This document shows, piece after piece, positions 9,067 through 22,991 of a DNA stretch of 64,000 nt (positions are counted from its first letter, which is position 1; every line of letters begins with the position of its first letter). The position numbers were made by a program, and so were the translations under genes. A model generated the notes under the pieces. That model had not been told where the DNA came from. It made no database searches and saw only the letters and a program-made list of their open reading frames with translations. This stretch comes from Eremomyces bilateralis CBS 781.70 (taxonomy: Eukaryota), in assembly GCA_010015585.1 (NCBI GenBank), contig ML975177.1. One strand, written 5' to 3'.

Positions 9067-12000
9067 CGTGGTACACTTAAGTGATTTGTGTGGGGAGAAG
9101 GGAGACTTGCAGAAGTCGTTAGTGTGCTGGTATACTCTATACCAGAACTTGAAGGGTCATATCAGCATTCATACAGGACGGAATATTCCCGTAGAGAGCG
9201 CTGACGTTGAGCTGGGGACGGTTCCGATTTAGCGCCTTGATGCCTCAGGCATACTTTCTGTAACGTCAACACCCAATCAGATGACCAGCTTTCTGTTGTT
9301 TTATGTTTACCAACAATGGTCACGTGATAGCAACATCCTTGCTATGTCGCACGTGCCAGTGGTGGCAGTCATCAGTCATCACTGTCTGGACTCTGGACTC
9401 GCCCCCACTCTAGACTAACCACCATCCAAAGCCAAATAGAACTCTCCTATCAGGTTCTCCAACAAACCGGAACTGAACAGAAGCGTCCCGTCCGATTCAG
9501 ACCGGTCACTTGCTGTCGTCAAGGTGCCACAACCTCCACTCCTCTCTCTTTGCGATTCTGCATGTCCAAACGAAGGTCTTACAATAGTTACACTGCATCG
9601 CGCCGCTCCCCCCTGCATCCTCAAATGAGTGCGTCTGCCTGCTGTTCTAAATAAGCCCGATCATACAGAAGTCCTGTCTGTGTCTGCAGCAGTTCGGTTA
9701 AGGATTGACCGAAGTCGCATTGTGCTCCATGTCTAGTCCGACTTGATCAATCGCGTCGAGCCGTCCACCCACCTGTTGTTCTACCCTGAGGCGGTGTCGG
9801 GCCACAGAAAACGTGGTTTATGCTGCGCATCGTGATGTTGCCGATAAGGTTTACGGAAGGCTACTGCTTCGACGGGTTCAACGGTCGCCTTGCAGTATCT
9901 CATCGCTGATCCTCCATAATGTTGCTAAGCGATTGACCAGGCGTCTCCGATTTCCCTCGGGATGATTCGTGTCATCCAAGACCCGGAACGAATCACGCAT
10001 CGATTTGCGCCCTCCACATCTAGGAATTGATCCCGGATGCCGAACGGGATGCAGCATTTCTCCTTCTATCGATACAACCCCTGCTATGCAAGTAGCCAGG
10101 TGGCTAAGATGCCTTGCACCGCCGACCTGTTGCTTTTGGCTGTTATTTCTATCATTTCTATGCAGTCAGGTTCTAGCTAAGATGATTCGGCGAGTGCCTG
10201 TGGGCTTCCGCTGCACCGATTTCCCTTTTTCCCGCTTCGGTTGATACGTTCTTTAATGTCGAACAGTATTCCATGCAGATTGCAGAAAAAGATACATCAC
10301 CACTACGACACATGTTGGTGGCTTGGAAATGCGGACCGCTCCGCAACCAACCGCTGTCATTTAGTTAGCCGAGTTCGCGTTTCGCTCCATGCTGCTGTGC
10401 TCGATTCTTTTCTGATCTTTTCTGTGTTTCCTTGATTTCAACCTTTGAATTTGTCCTCCTTGGATGTGAAGAGCATGAATGGATGGATGGATTTACTGGT
10501 TCTAGAATCCATAATGCAGTTCGCTGGTCGTTAGCGTGACTTGCTCTTTGCATCAAGGTGTCACTTTTGGATCCTGGCGGCCCTGGTTGCTCCCTCTCTA
10601 GCCGACAATTCGACCAAGACTCATCTGAGATCATCTCATGCGCCATTGGCTTGGGGTAGCTGCATCGCTCCCTCGTGCGAATCATTCATCAGGTGTGACG
10701 GCAAGATTTCCTGTCCACGCAGTGGTCTAGGAGGTCGAAAAGATCAGTTTCCAATTTGCCGGGCCAATTTGTTTGCTAGACCCCTGTCCCTGTAAGTCAC
10801 CAGGGTGCCTTGCTCGACCGCTCACTGTGCCCACGGAGTAGTGAGTACGTCCAACCCCTGGGAGAGCACAGCCGTTGAAACAGCGGATGGCTGCTTGCGT
10901 TGCCCACGGCAAATCATTAACGCAACGCAAACGTCTTCATTCGTAGCAGGTCAAACTTAGTCCAGGGGAAATGACATGGCAACACTGGAGACACCCTCAC
11001 CTGGCAAGCTAGGAAACCTGCTATCCCAGGTGCACTCAGTACAGTATTCAACACAAAAGATTGAGTCTGGGAACAATACTTGCATTTCGCCACACCCCAC
11101 TTTCCCTTGTGCCAGCGTCATCGCACGAACGTCACAGGACTCTGCTTCGCTCAATAGGGAGGTTCAGTCCTTGACAGGCTGACGTGGTACTAGGGTTCTG
11201 CGATCTGCGCGAGCGCACATTGGGAGTGGGTGCCGTAGCCACGATCCGCCCTGTCGAACTCCGAACCTGTGATCACAAACTTCGACGGATATTGGCTTAC
11301 GATCTGTACTCCTTTACTATAGGATGGATGTATCAAGCGTCCGGTTGACGTCTGGCCCTGGAGTCACGTCTCGTCCTTACTATCCATGGACGCACCAATA
11401 ACGCTTGTATCCTCTTGAGGTGTATAAAGCAGTGTTTGCTCTGATTAAACAGTGTCTACGTCCAGTGAGGCTACTTCTGTGGCTTCACGATTGGCCATCG
11501 AGGTCCCTGATTGGGCAATGTCTAAGCGTTTGCCCTCAACGAAACCAATACAGCGACTGCGTCCCTGCATACTACTCATGATTTCCAACAAACGGTACGA
11601 CGACAATTTTGATCCCCCACAATCAACATCACTAGGTCACACACGAACCGAGAGCTCCAATGTGTCTAATTCTCCTGCACTGTCCCAGATCCTCAGATGC
11701 TTGTGGGGACCTCGTTACCTATCCGCATTGCATGTGTCTCATTTGTTTGTCCTTCACTTGCCTTTGCAGTGTCCCACATTCGACGAGCATTGGAGGGCGA
11801 TGTGTCGAGACCACTAGAGTGAGAGCAAGAAAGTGGGCGAACATTTGACCATTCCTGGACTATTTGCAATACGTTGACTGGCTTTTTATTCCACGATGAG
11901 TAAACGGTGAGAGCATGGTCAAGCTGTGTTTCACGAGCTAGAAATTTCCTTTGCAATCAACGGCTGTTGTGTCCCTCTAGAGGCATATCAATGAACCGTA

Positions 12001-12525
12001 CGAAAGCCTCAAAATATGGGTGGGCCTCCTTAACCCTGATTATGCAGCTCCCGGTGATTGGACCAGGCGACAGGCGCAGATCAAACCGAATACTGCTCCC
12101 CTCGGTTCAAGTTGCACAAATTGCTAGCAATGATTCTGTTCTTCAAGCAACCTAAAGCAGAATACGACACCCCGTAGAATATCTGCTGCATTCACTCTTC
12201 TGGATGTTGGCAAGGTTGGTCAACCTCCTCGAACTTGCCGCCTGGTATAACTTCATCCAACCCCCAGCCAGCCGGTGTACTGTTTGTTTCACTTCCTCCA
12301 CATATCTGACATCTCCTTTAGTTTTCCCTGATGCACGCTGCGATACTTCATATTACGAGGATGGTCTCCCCTTGCTGTTGACCAGTGTGACCATACTCGT
12401 TCTCTGCGTCGTCTCTACCTTAAATGTGTCATTTCTTCAACGCATGTTGCAGAGGGGCTCTTCTACCCCTGGCTCTCGAAAATTGCTTCAGTCGCTGATG
12501 AAGAGCTGCCTGCCCGCTCTCTGCA

Positions 12526-14447
12526 ATGACACCTGCACTACACCTCCAAGAGCATTTTGACCATGTCGGGGGTCGTTATTCTAATATGAACGTTCAGCAT
12601 TATTATGCGGATCGACACGGTCCTTTACCCATAGCAAATGGTCACTACCACCGTCCTGACCCCCGATCTTATCCAGCGTCACAGCATCATCGGCCAGTCC
12701 GGATGCATCGTGACATGGAGGAAGTCAATCAGGCACCGCCGAGGAAAAGAATTGCCCTTGCTGTAAGTTTCCTTCAGTTCAGCCCCTCCGTCTGCAGCCC
12801 AAGTATGAGAGCTGCCGCATCTATGTTGAGAAGGAAAGGTATGAGTGAGTGGGCTAACAGTGATTACAGTGCGCACGATGCAGAAAACGAAAAATTAAAT
12901 GCAGTGGCGACCCTGGTAATGGCTCGGGGTGTCATAATTGCAGGCAAGCTGGCGTTGAATCTCATGTTTGCCAGTTCAACAGAGTCAGTGCACTTCCCTT
13001 CCCATCGAGTTCTTTGTGCTGACAGCCCTAGGTTGGGACAATGGTTGGGACAATGGATTACTCGACCTTGATTGATACGCAACACTGCCCAAGTCCCGTA
13101 AATGGATACTCGACTAGTCCGACATCTGCGGACGGGTCTGAGACTGCGATGTCTTCCCGATCACTGCCAGGCTCCTCTTATTCCGTCCCGAGACCTGGAT
13201 CAAATTACCCTCCTTGGATAGCGGCGACCTACCCCGATACCTCAAGCGCAGAGACTTACAGTTTGATGCCGCCCTACTCATCTTACGGCTCGACCAACGA
13301 AGCGGTCCAGTGGACTGGCGGCCAGTACCCTGTTCGTTCATACAGCGCCCGAAGCCTCGTTGACCCCGATCCATCTGCTACCTACCCGGGCCTTCCTCTT
13401 ACCACAGTAGTAAATGTCAACGCTGCAGCTCGGATTTCCAACATGGACAACACAGCTCTTGACTCGGCTTCTGAAATTTCAGGACAAGAGTCAACGAATT
13501 TTGTTATGAATTCCCTTCAGTCGACCTTGCCGATCTCGTCTACTCGCCAACTTCCGATTCCTACTGGCCCTTCCCCAAATGCGTCTACCGTAGGCATCGG
13601 GCCCATACGCAACAGCAATATTATTGGAGCGCACTCTGTAGGAGAAACAATGGACAGTACGGCTCATTACACGCGACAAGCAATGTGCTGGCAATCTCAA
13701 AATGCAACGGATACCAGTCTCCATGGGACGAATACTGAACCATCTATGTCTGGCTCCGAGTATCGAAATGGATCCATCAACAACGTCTGCACGACCGCAG
13801 CCAGCGCGCCAGGCATTGAAAATCTCACGTCCTCTGGTTTCGCTGCAGAGAGGCATGTTTTCGGAAAGCCCTCCTCACCAGACGAACTCCGCGGTCATAA
13901 ATCTCACAGCACAATCGGCCCGCTGGGCTACATCACTAGCTCCTTTGCCAACCAATCCAACTCGACTGATGCCGGCACAACCCTAGCAAAACTCGAATCA
14001 GGGACCCCTCGCCAGTCTGTTAGCAGTGCGTACATTCCAGGAGATACCTCTGCAACGCTTCCAAATGCGGCGAACACCCTCCCACGGCCAGTCCGTCCAA
14101 CACCAACTGAGTCTGAATCATCGTCGGCCATCCTTCGTCGAGCTGACTCGTCTTGCAATCTTTACTCGTTTTCGACCGACGCTACCAAACGGCCCTCCAC
14201 ATCTTCATCAATGTCTCAGCTGGAGATGAGTGGTGGAGGCGGCCTTACAAGTTCCGCCGAGAACAGTCTCTCCGGATCGTCAACTCTCGTCAGCGGTCAT
14301 ACTTATGCTCCAGTGTACCAAGCACATACACCGCACAATGTACAAGCTTCGCATTCGGAATCACTGGGAGCTGATAGCTCCGTCGGCGGATATGAACGTG
14401 GTGTGGCAGTAGGTGGTGATCGAGGTGAATCCAGCAGAGGCTTTTAA
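12526..14447 (+). CDS. Zn(II)2Cys6 transcription factor with a long Ser/Thr/Pro-rich C-terminus
   Basis: Introns 12763-12869 and 12984-13031 join RKRIALA-CARCRKRKIKCSGDPGNGSGCHNCRQAGVESHVC-QFNR in frame to ORF 13041-14447. Confidence 0.9.
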
Positions 14448-15088
14448 TTCCATAGCATCGAAATTCTTCTCCAGCCATTGCTGCTCACAACTACACCAGT
14501 CGTTTCCTACTCCCTTCGAAAATTTGCTGAATGTATTCTCTTGGTGTAATATGATAAACCTAGTATGAAAGGGTTCAACATTACCGAGGCACTAATAATC
14601 GGTGTTTGGAGTTATCGATGTATTAAAATCGAGTGTCGCTGGTGTCCTTTTGTCCGCTTACTAGAGCAGAACAGGGCCTCTCACAGAGCCATTGTTTGCA
14701 TGCTGGTCGATGGGTACCTAGAGATGCTTCAATTCCACGGCACCTCCAGGAGGTGGACATGGTTAGAAAAAGGATGGGTTGATAAAAGTCAATTGAAGCT
14801 TTCGGTTAGTTGCATTGGAATGAATTGCCTGCTCGTGCTTGTCTTTGAATGTTACTGTATTCGCTGAAACTAGAAGCCTAGAGCGACGTCTTTGACGTCT
14901 TTTTTGTGAGCATTCCGGACTATGGACAGCAGTACCTTAATAACCAACACATTCCATCTGCCCTCACGCCAAAGTTCTTCGCATGCGCTTCGTTCACTCA
15001 GCAACATTAACTTTGCCAACTTCTAGCTGATTTATATCGATTCAAGAGGACGCCTGAGTGCAAACAATATATTCAGTTCGTCAAAAAG

Positions 15089-16464
15089 ATGGCCACAACC
15101 ACGCGTATAACGCGGAAAATGGCCCGAAGGCATCCCAATGTCGAGTTTGCCGAAATAAACACGAACATAAGGACTCGACCCGTACCAAAATTACCAGCTA
15201 AATTCACTATTGATGGGAAAACCCGGCCACGAAAGTTCAACGAAGTCGATTGGCAAACTTTAACACCCTACGAAACCTCACTTCCCGTAGCACTTGTACT
15301 CTTCGAAACCACCTACAAAGGCCGAAAAGAGGAGGCAGAAAGCAGAAGAGGAAAGAAGGTTTCTTGAAGCGAGAATGGCTACATTGCGTCATATTCAAAG
15401 GATGGCGGGTGAATATTTCGCGGATCTCACTGAGGAGTTCAAGCTGGGCAGAGAAGAATGGGTAAAAAGGAAGATGCCCACAGCAAGTTGCAGAATGAGG
15501 CTGAGACGTCGGAAACATTCATGACTCCTCGACAGCTAGCCCATCTCTAGAGAGCCTGGGAAACGTTTTATGACGCTAGGTGCTATTAGCACTCCGCAAG
15601 GGTTGACAAGGCTTCCAGAACTATCATCATGGTTGACCGGGCGTTTGAATCGTCACTTAGACGAGATTTCTTTAGATTCAACGAAAATTCGCACTATCGC
15701 TACTTTAATACCGCTCGCTTCCACTTGCAATGTTCGAAAACTACGATCCGGTCACTGAACAGCCTGTTGAGAGAGCCTCAATGGAGGATTGGGTGAACTT
15801 TTACCTGAGAAACAACTGTGCCACATTCTTACGAGCTGATCAAGTCCAAATCCTCCCTGGGCACATCATGGTTACGTACAAGAAGGCCTTGGAGGACATC
15901 TATGAGACGGGAGGTCGCATCCACGTACCAAAGGTCACCTACTACACTCTGGGCGACATAGAGGAGAGGACACCATAAACGAGGCACAATTGGAGACTCC
16001 GAAGGACATTGTGATGGAAAAACTTTCGCCATTCCATATCGGCATCTGGGGCATAGGGGCTGTAATGTACCATACCACATTGATGGTGAAAGTTTGAGTA
16101 GGGGAAAGTATATAAAGTCAACAAGAGACGTCAAAGGTACAGCCGCACTGATCAATCTACTAGGCTTTTCCGATCGAAGGATTTCGAGAATGTTGTGGAG
16201 ACCAACGCAAAACTTGAACTATTAAAGTCAATCAGAAACGCACTTCACGATAATCCTATGGCAAGGCAGCTATGCATTAACTGGGATCGAATGTCATACG
16301 AATCAGGACTAGAAGTCCAAGGGTTTGTCAAAGACAACGAAAGGACAGGATGTCGCAGACACCGAGGAATCACCTGGCGTGATGGGAAACTCCATGTTGG
16401 AGTGCCAACCGGCCCATCTGATCTTGGTGAGGAATGTCCTGTCGATTACCACCTTGAGTCGTGA
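15089..16464 (+). pseudogene. Fragmented unknown coding sequence (frameshifted ORF pieces)
   Basis: Successive protein-like pieces in shifting frames (15089-15367, 15294-15524, 15730-15978, 16195-16464). No family recognised. Confidence 0.35.
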
Positions 16465-17309
16465 CCATTCAATCCCTATAGGCCGGACTGGGAGGAATTC
16501 GAATTGTATTCGGAGCGACTGACGACACAGGGGAACCCATATACTATGGTGCTGAAGCAGAATCTTCGTGAACTGAACACACTACCGCGCGGTCTTGAAC
16601 CACATGTTGGAGAGCATTTATAACTATAAATGCACAGTACATACTTTTGTGTTATTCCGCGGCCATCCCATTTATGTTCAAAAGCCGGAGAGTGAGATTC
16701 CACTGGATGACAAATGTCCTTGCCCTGGTGAGCATCAAGGGTTTGTGTAAGTGCAACGTCATGTTCAATCCAGCCCATTTTACGTTTGCTAGTGAACCTG
16801 GAAAGCAGCAAGGTATGCTCGGCAGACGACTGCGATGATTTCCAACAGCAGGAGGCAATGGATGCTCCAGAAATGGGCTCAATATCAAAAAAAGTAGGTG
16901 CAAAAATAATCCGAAGTACTGTCCGTTCAGTGTCCGCTAACCTTCGGTACTCTAGTTACCTGGAAGAACGGGAGGATCGCAGACAAATGAGGATCAACCT
17001 CCACCGTGACGAGCTCGAAGCGTCAAGAGCCTTTACCACTAGAACGCAGGACCGATATCCCGGAGACGGGCGCAATAAGAGAAAAGGGTGCGGCGGAATA
17101 AGGAACTATATTATGCCGGGACGTATATCTCGACCTGGGTGGTAACAGGTATTTAAAAAGCCCAGTGCCTCTCGATTTGTGCAATTCTGGGTACCAATAT
17201 TCATGAGAGTCGTCGTGGATAACAAGTCCTTGCTCTTCACACTGTAAGATTCCAATTGCCATTTACAGTACGAAGCATTCGGTTTAGAACAGAATTTTAA
17301 CAATATGTT

Positions 17310-18653
17310 TCATATAAACTCCAAGAAACACGCAAACTTTCGGCTGTTCAGCTGCGGAGGATCATGCAATAACTCAATTGCCTTGACCTTAACAGGAGTC
17401 GAATTTCGCCCCCATGTGATTAGGCTTGTAAAAGTCCCGCCATTCCTCAGATCGATAGTAAGCTGCTCATGCTGCCTCCTCGACGACCCCATGAAATTGA
17501 CCACCACATCCTCCCCTTTCAAATTTTCGGAGGCCGATTCGATGGTATAGGATATGCCTCCCCAGCTCTTCGGTTCGCGCTTGGTTCGTAGCACTAAGCA
17601 CTGGCTCCAGGCCGGGATCATGTCTTGTACTGCAATGACAAATTCCTCCCAAACGGTTTTTAGGTTGCCGTGCCAGAGCCGGTTGGGGGTTGATACCGCT
17701 TCCGTGTTTTGGCAGTTGCTTTTCTTTGCTTCGTCGGCCCAGTCGACCTGATAGTCCATCAGTCGTCGTGTAAGCCACTGCCTCTGGCCAGCTTCCAGGG
17801 TTGCCCAAGCATTGGAGACGCATTCTCGTATAATGTCCGTGGAATCGATCTGTGCAATGACTTCCGTAGCTCCCCTTGATTTCAATCGTCGACGTGCTGG
17901 AGCATTCCTTGGCACCCCCTTTATAGACTGTTCCATGACCAAGGAGATGACGTTGATAAATATCCTGCTGCTGCACCCTATCCCAGAGAAGGAAACAGCC
18001 AGTGAAGTGGCCGGCGAGTCAATAGCTCCGTCGTGCTGAACACTCTGGTCGTCAAGCATCGTGGAAGGGGCCGAGGTCATGTTTAAGTACGTGGCAAGGC
18101 CGATAAGTAATGACTGTGCTCCCGGTTCAAATTTCAACGATGCGGAAGTCAGTACCAGTCCGTACGCGGAGTCATCGGCGGTCGCAGCAGCTGTTTCTGT
18201 TGGCGCTGGAGTGGTTTGCTTCGGGAATCGTCTGATAGACGAGAAGATAGTTTGATTGATGGACTGAGGAGATTTGTCTTTAGAGTTCGCCGCATGAAAG
18301 AGCCGATCCCTGGCATATCGTCCGAACTCAGCGACAAGCACCTGGTGTAAGGATCGACTGAGCGGGATACCTTCGACTCTATTGGCTTTTGGTAGAACGT
18401 TACACTTTCTAGTCTGGAGCTTGGGGGGCAATGTTGGGGGATCGTTTGTGCCTGGTTCTGTGGAGTTTGCCTTGGTCACGATTACATCGCCCAAAGTCCC
18501 ACTCTCTTCCCCAAGGTAGCTATACTCCCTTAGACGGCTGAGCCCAATTTTTCGCCGGACTCGATTCCGATTACAAGGCATGTTTAGAGAATAAAGCGAG
18601 GGCAATGTGCCCAAGCCCGAACCAAGGCTATAGAAAGATGGTAATGTTTGCAA
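17310..18653 (-). CDS. Hypothetical protein (orphan, ~420-447 aa)
   Basis: Long open frame with a globular-looking C-terminal half and no recognised domain. The start is uncertain. Confidence 0.45.
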   Translation of the reverse strand: MQTLPSFYSLGSGLGTLPSLYSLNMPCNRNRVRRKIGLSRLREYSYLGEESGTLGDVIVTKANSTEPGTNDPPTLPPKLQTRKCNVLPKANRVEGIPLSRSLHQVLVAEFGRYARDRLFHAANSKDKSPQSINQTIFSSIRRFPKQTTPAPTETAAATADDSAYGLVLTSASLKFEPGAQSLLIGLATYLNMTSAPSTMLDDQSVQHDGAIDSPATSLAVSFSGIGCSSRIFINVISLVMEQSIKGVPRNAPARRRLKSRGATEVIAQIDSTDIIRECVSNAWATLEAGQRQWLTRRLMDYQVDWADEAKKSNCQNTEAVSTPNRLWHGNLKTVWEEFVIAVQDMIPAWSQCLVLRTKREPKSWGGISYTIESASENLKGEDVVVNFMGSSRRQHEQLTIDLRNGGTFTSLITWGRNSTPVKVKAIELLHDPPQLNSRKFACFLEFI

Positions 18654-19020
18654 CGAGATTGAAGTTTAACGACTTTTAAAAGACACCTGGAGAAGAAAGA
18701 AAACATGTCGGCATATATGCAGATTTGCTAGGCATCACAGCATAGCACGAGAGTCCGCGATGGTATTGTCTGTTAGAGAACTTGCATATTTCTTTATGCA
18801 TTGTGCGCTGCGGCTCCTTGAGACAAGGCGATCGGTCCAGCCTGTAATAGCATTGTCAGACATGTTTCTTTGTACCCTATGTGCTATGATCATTTTGAAA
18901 TAAGACAGTTGGTCCTCAACACATTGAAGAGGTGAGACATGGGTCTAGAACAGAGTCGAATGCATGAAATGAATTCTAGTCTAAATTCACCCAATTGCGT
19001 CAGCATCAAAGGATCCGGCT

Positions 19021-20615
19021 TTAGAGTTTGATTGAGATATCGTAGAAATCAAGTATCAAAGCCGAGGTTCCGAGTACCGCCATGTATGCCAGGAGGACAC
19101 CGATACTTTGCAGTTCGGTCATGTGCAGTGTCGGAAGGGTCATGTTGATTAAGCCGGTCAAGAGGTTTGCAAACAAAAAGACCGCTAGGCCGTTCCGGTT
19201 GATGGCATTGAGCACTTGGCTGGTCGATCGTTGAATCCTCTTCTTCTCTTTGGCCTTGTCCTCGTCCGAGGAACCATAGATCCAAGGAAAGGAGAGCTTC
19301 TCAGCAAGATAGCAAAATGCAAGCTGAGTGCAATTGTAACTTGCAACCCAAAGTACATAAGGAAGATTGGCAAGGCGACGGGACACTGAGAGATTGAGTG
19401 AATAGTACTCTGTAGTGATCAAATAAAGTACGCTCCAAATGATTGACCATGACACGAGAGTACCCAGTGCCGTCTGGCGGTACCTCATCGCTTTGGAAAT
19501 GAACGATCCAGGTTTGTCATCCGGAAAGTCTCGCACCGACCGTTCTCGTGGCAAGATATGCGTGCCAGCGGACCGGCCAGTCAAGAATATCGCGAGATAT
19601 CCGAAGAATGAAAAAATCCCCTCGCGATTCATGCTTAGGAGGTCATTTCTTGGCGCACTCAACAAAAACTTCTTTAAGTTGGTAGAGTCAAGCGCAATCT
19701 GATAGACTGCTGCAAGTACGAATGCCAGCACAGCATAGGATGGGACAAACCTCGCTGCAGAGTCGAACATCGCTACGAAGGGAGGCAAGAATGCCAAAGT
19801 GAAGAAGAAGTTCCAATGAACCCCATACTCCGAGACGTGCTCCGCGTAATCTAGCTCTTTGACACTCCACAATCTTGCCAGTCCCAGTACCAGTAAAGGC
19901 AGCGAATGTCGAACGCTGACGTAAAGCCGTTTCAATAGTGGCACCCGTTTCCCGAGCTGCCGTTCTTTTAGGATAGCTCTCGCCGAAACCGTTCCCGCCG
20001 TGAAGACGAAGCTTCCAACCCCCATATCCATAATGCTCGTGCCCCAGGTTTCGGCCTTGGCGAAACGACGAGGAAATATTCGGAAGTCGACGGCAAGAAT
20101 CGCAGCACATGTGATGGACATCATCGCGCCACGGTACATGGTAACGAACGGCTTGATGGGTAAGTCAATTACCCCCGTCCCAGAATCGGTGCTAGTGACT
20201 GGATACTTAGGTTCAACTCTACGGCTTCGAGCAACGGTTTTCGACGTCGTGGGTCTGCGAGGGTTCGGATGAGTCGCGTAAATCGCGATTGCTGGTGCCA
20301 AAAGCAGTGCATGCAGAAGTAGAGGGTGGGATGAGTAGAGGGTAAGTGCAAGCAGCACAACCCCACAATGTAGTATCAGGTCGGTAATGCACGCAGCGGG
20401 CGTGTATGGCGTGAAGTACGACATCCGTGACTGAAGAATAGACCAGAGAAGAACCGATGACTGAAAAACGCGACAAGAGTTAGCAATATGAAGAAGTAGC
20501 GTAACAAGTTGAGACCCACAGTCATCACCCCAGTGACAACATACACCTCCCATACTGATCCACCAGATAGGTTCGAGACAAAAGCCTCCTTTAAGGCCTT
20601 ATAGTTGGTTGTCAT
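19021..20615 (-). CDS. GWT1: GPI inositol acyltransferase Gwt1/PIG-W
   Basis: MTTNYKALKEAFVSNLSGGS start, one intron, AILAVDFRIFPRRFAKAETWGTSIMDMGVGSFVF, EHVSEYGVHWNFFFTL and SRRLANLPYVLW. Confidence 0.97.
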
Positions 20616-22750
20616 GTTGGCCGGTGTTCGGTGAAAGGCCGCCACACTATGGGCATAGTAGCAATGGGTTCAATTTATGATTTGGAAAGTTGAAGGAGGA
20701 TTCGGATTGATGTATCGTACTAGTCATCATCGCCCAGAGCACGGCATGTTGACATCTGAAAAAACAATGCTACGGCGACGTACTTATTCATCTGATGGTG
20801 TTTGAACACGAAGCTCTGGTCGTCTATCCACTCCTCCATCAGCTGCGAACCAGAGCGTACTTTGGGCTTGGCATTGGTGCCTCAGGCCACAAAGCAGCCA
20901 ACCCGGATCTAACCCGGATTTCTCAACTCAACCTCGTTCATTTTCATGGCCACAGGCTTTCCACGAATATTAATATTATTGCCCTCTTCTGGTCTATCTA
21001 ATACGGATTCCAGTCTCATTCACGGCTGGCCTGGGATAATCCAGCAGGATCGGCTCGATCATGCACTAAAAATCGTTCTCCTTCACCTACCACCACCATT
21101 TGGGGCAGGGTGTTATTATTCCTGGGCACGGTGGGCAGTGACTCAGTCTGACGGGACTCATGGGAACATGGTTTTGAGCGACTGTCCCCTCTCGCTAGCT
21201 GTGTCTCGCGCCGATTCTTCCCAAGTTATGCCGCCAACGTGGGTGACGAAACACGGTCTACACGGATATCTAGACGCTGCCCTAGGAACCAACATCTCGA
21301 GAACTGTACTCTGGACCCAGGCCGGGTCGAACCGTCGATAGAACAAAACAGGCTCTTGGGACTAGGAGAATGCAGGGACCGCGAGGGCAGGCATTCTCGA
21401 GTCAAATATCTACATCAGATGACTAGAAAGCAGTAAGTGTATCCCAGGGCAGTGGATTGGGTCCAACTGCAGCGATTGCGAATACAGACATCAACGCTTA
21501 ATCGGTGCTTGGATGGCTCCCAAATTAGAGGTCGCCTACCCGCTTCAACAGCAGCTAAGATGCACCCGATATGCTTATTGGACCTGTCAAAGGCGCACAC
21601 CAGATTCCCACCTCGTTAGCCAGCAATTGCAACATTTGCGGTCGCATTACTGATTATTCCTTCGAAGCTTCTTATGAGCATATCGACCAATGTTTCGTCG
21701 CCAGTATTCAGAACCATAGCAACTATAGATGACTCGACATCCCAAGTTAGTCTCAAGCACGCTCTGTTTCTTTCCTCGAGTTACCCCCTGCCCCTTGCCC
21801 CTAGATATGCAGACCTAAATATTGCACCTTTCACATCGGTCATACCGATTTCGCAATAATTCTACGCTGCGATACCGTTCCTCTTGTTGCACTGACCTAA
21901 ACACTTTCAATTCGTGTTCCTGTGGCTATCAGGTGGATATTTCCAAATCTTCGTCATGCTCAGGTCAAAACCAAGCCATGCAGAGCTATTACCACCCCTA
22001 GAAACGGAGCTCTGCGGGGCCGCTAGGAGATGTGCGGATTCTAACTCGACGACCGAATTTTCTAGAACAAGAGAATCATGCCCTGTCATCCATTTGTCAG
22101 ACAGGGCTGAGCATGTCGTTAAAGGTGAAACCTCTGGCTCGATTGGTAACTTCGACTATGGATGGTTGGATGATGATCATATTGGGCCTCTCTGGGGCTT
22201 GAATGTAAAATGCCCAACATCGTTCCACAGGCAATCACCGCGAGTTACTCTAGATCTGCCCCTCCGCGGAGAGACCAAAAGAATACCGCCTTAGCCACGC
22301 GCGGTGCAAGCGTTGCTTAGGCATGCTAGGATTTGGTGATCCATACACCGCTTGCTGCAACTCGTAACCGCGAGTAGCAACATGGAACTCGATATGGTGT
22401 GAAGGCCACCCTTTACGATTTCCTTTTTCAGGGTAACAGGAAACGCGGTCTGGGGACCACCAAACACCACCTTGGCCGCCATCATTACACAACAGAGCAG
22501 CCATTCTTACCCGACCCCATACCGCCTACACGATCATGGACAGGAATAACCGAAAGCGGTGTTTCCTAAGATTAACACAATCCGGACGCAGCCGTCTCAC
22601 CCAGTCCAACCTATCTATTGACACCTGTATGCACAGCTTGATCCTTCTTCTCGCCTGGCAAACGATGACCTCACTATCCATCACTCCCTTCTGAACTCTA
22701 CGTTTCTGCCAGGCCTATCTATCTGCTTCGGCTTGGTTCCACCTAAAAGG

Positions 22751-22758
22751 TATAAATA
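22751..22758 (+). promoter_or_regulatory. TATA box upstream of the small Cys/His-rich ORF
   Basis: TATAAATA followed by a CT-rich leader, ~240 nt before the ATG at 22992. Confidence 0.5.
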
Positions 22759-22991
22759 GACAAGGCGACCTCTACATCAATTCCAGTTTGCGCAGTCACG
22801 ATCATATCTATATTAACTTTCACTTCCGGGCCCTTGCTCCTCCTTACACCTTTCCTCTCAACTCACTCTGTTGCGCTTGGCGACGTTTGTCTCATTAGCT
22901 TTGCCCCTTCGGTCTTTTGTTCCGGATTGGATCCAATCCACCACGTGGAAACCCCTCCAGCGTCTTCGGTGCTCAAGTAGTCCCTTTCAAT

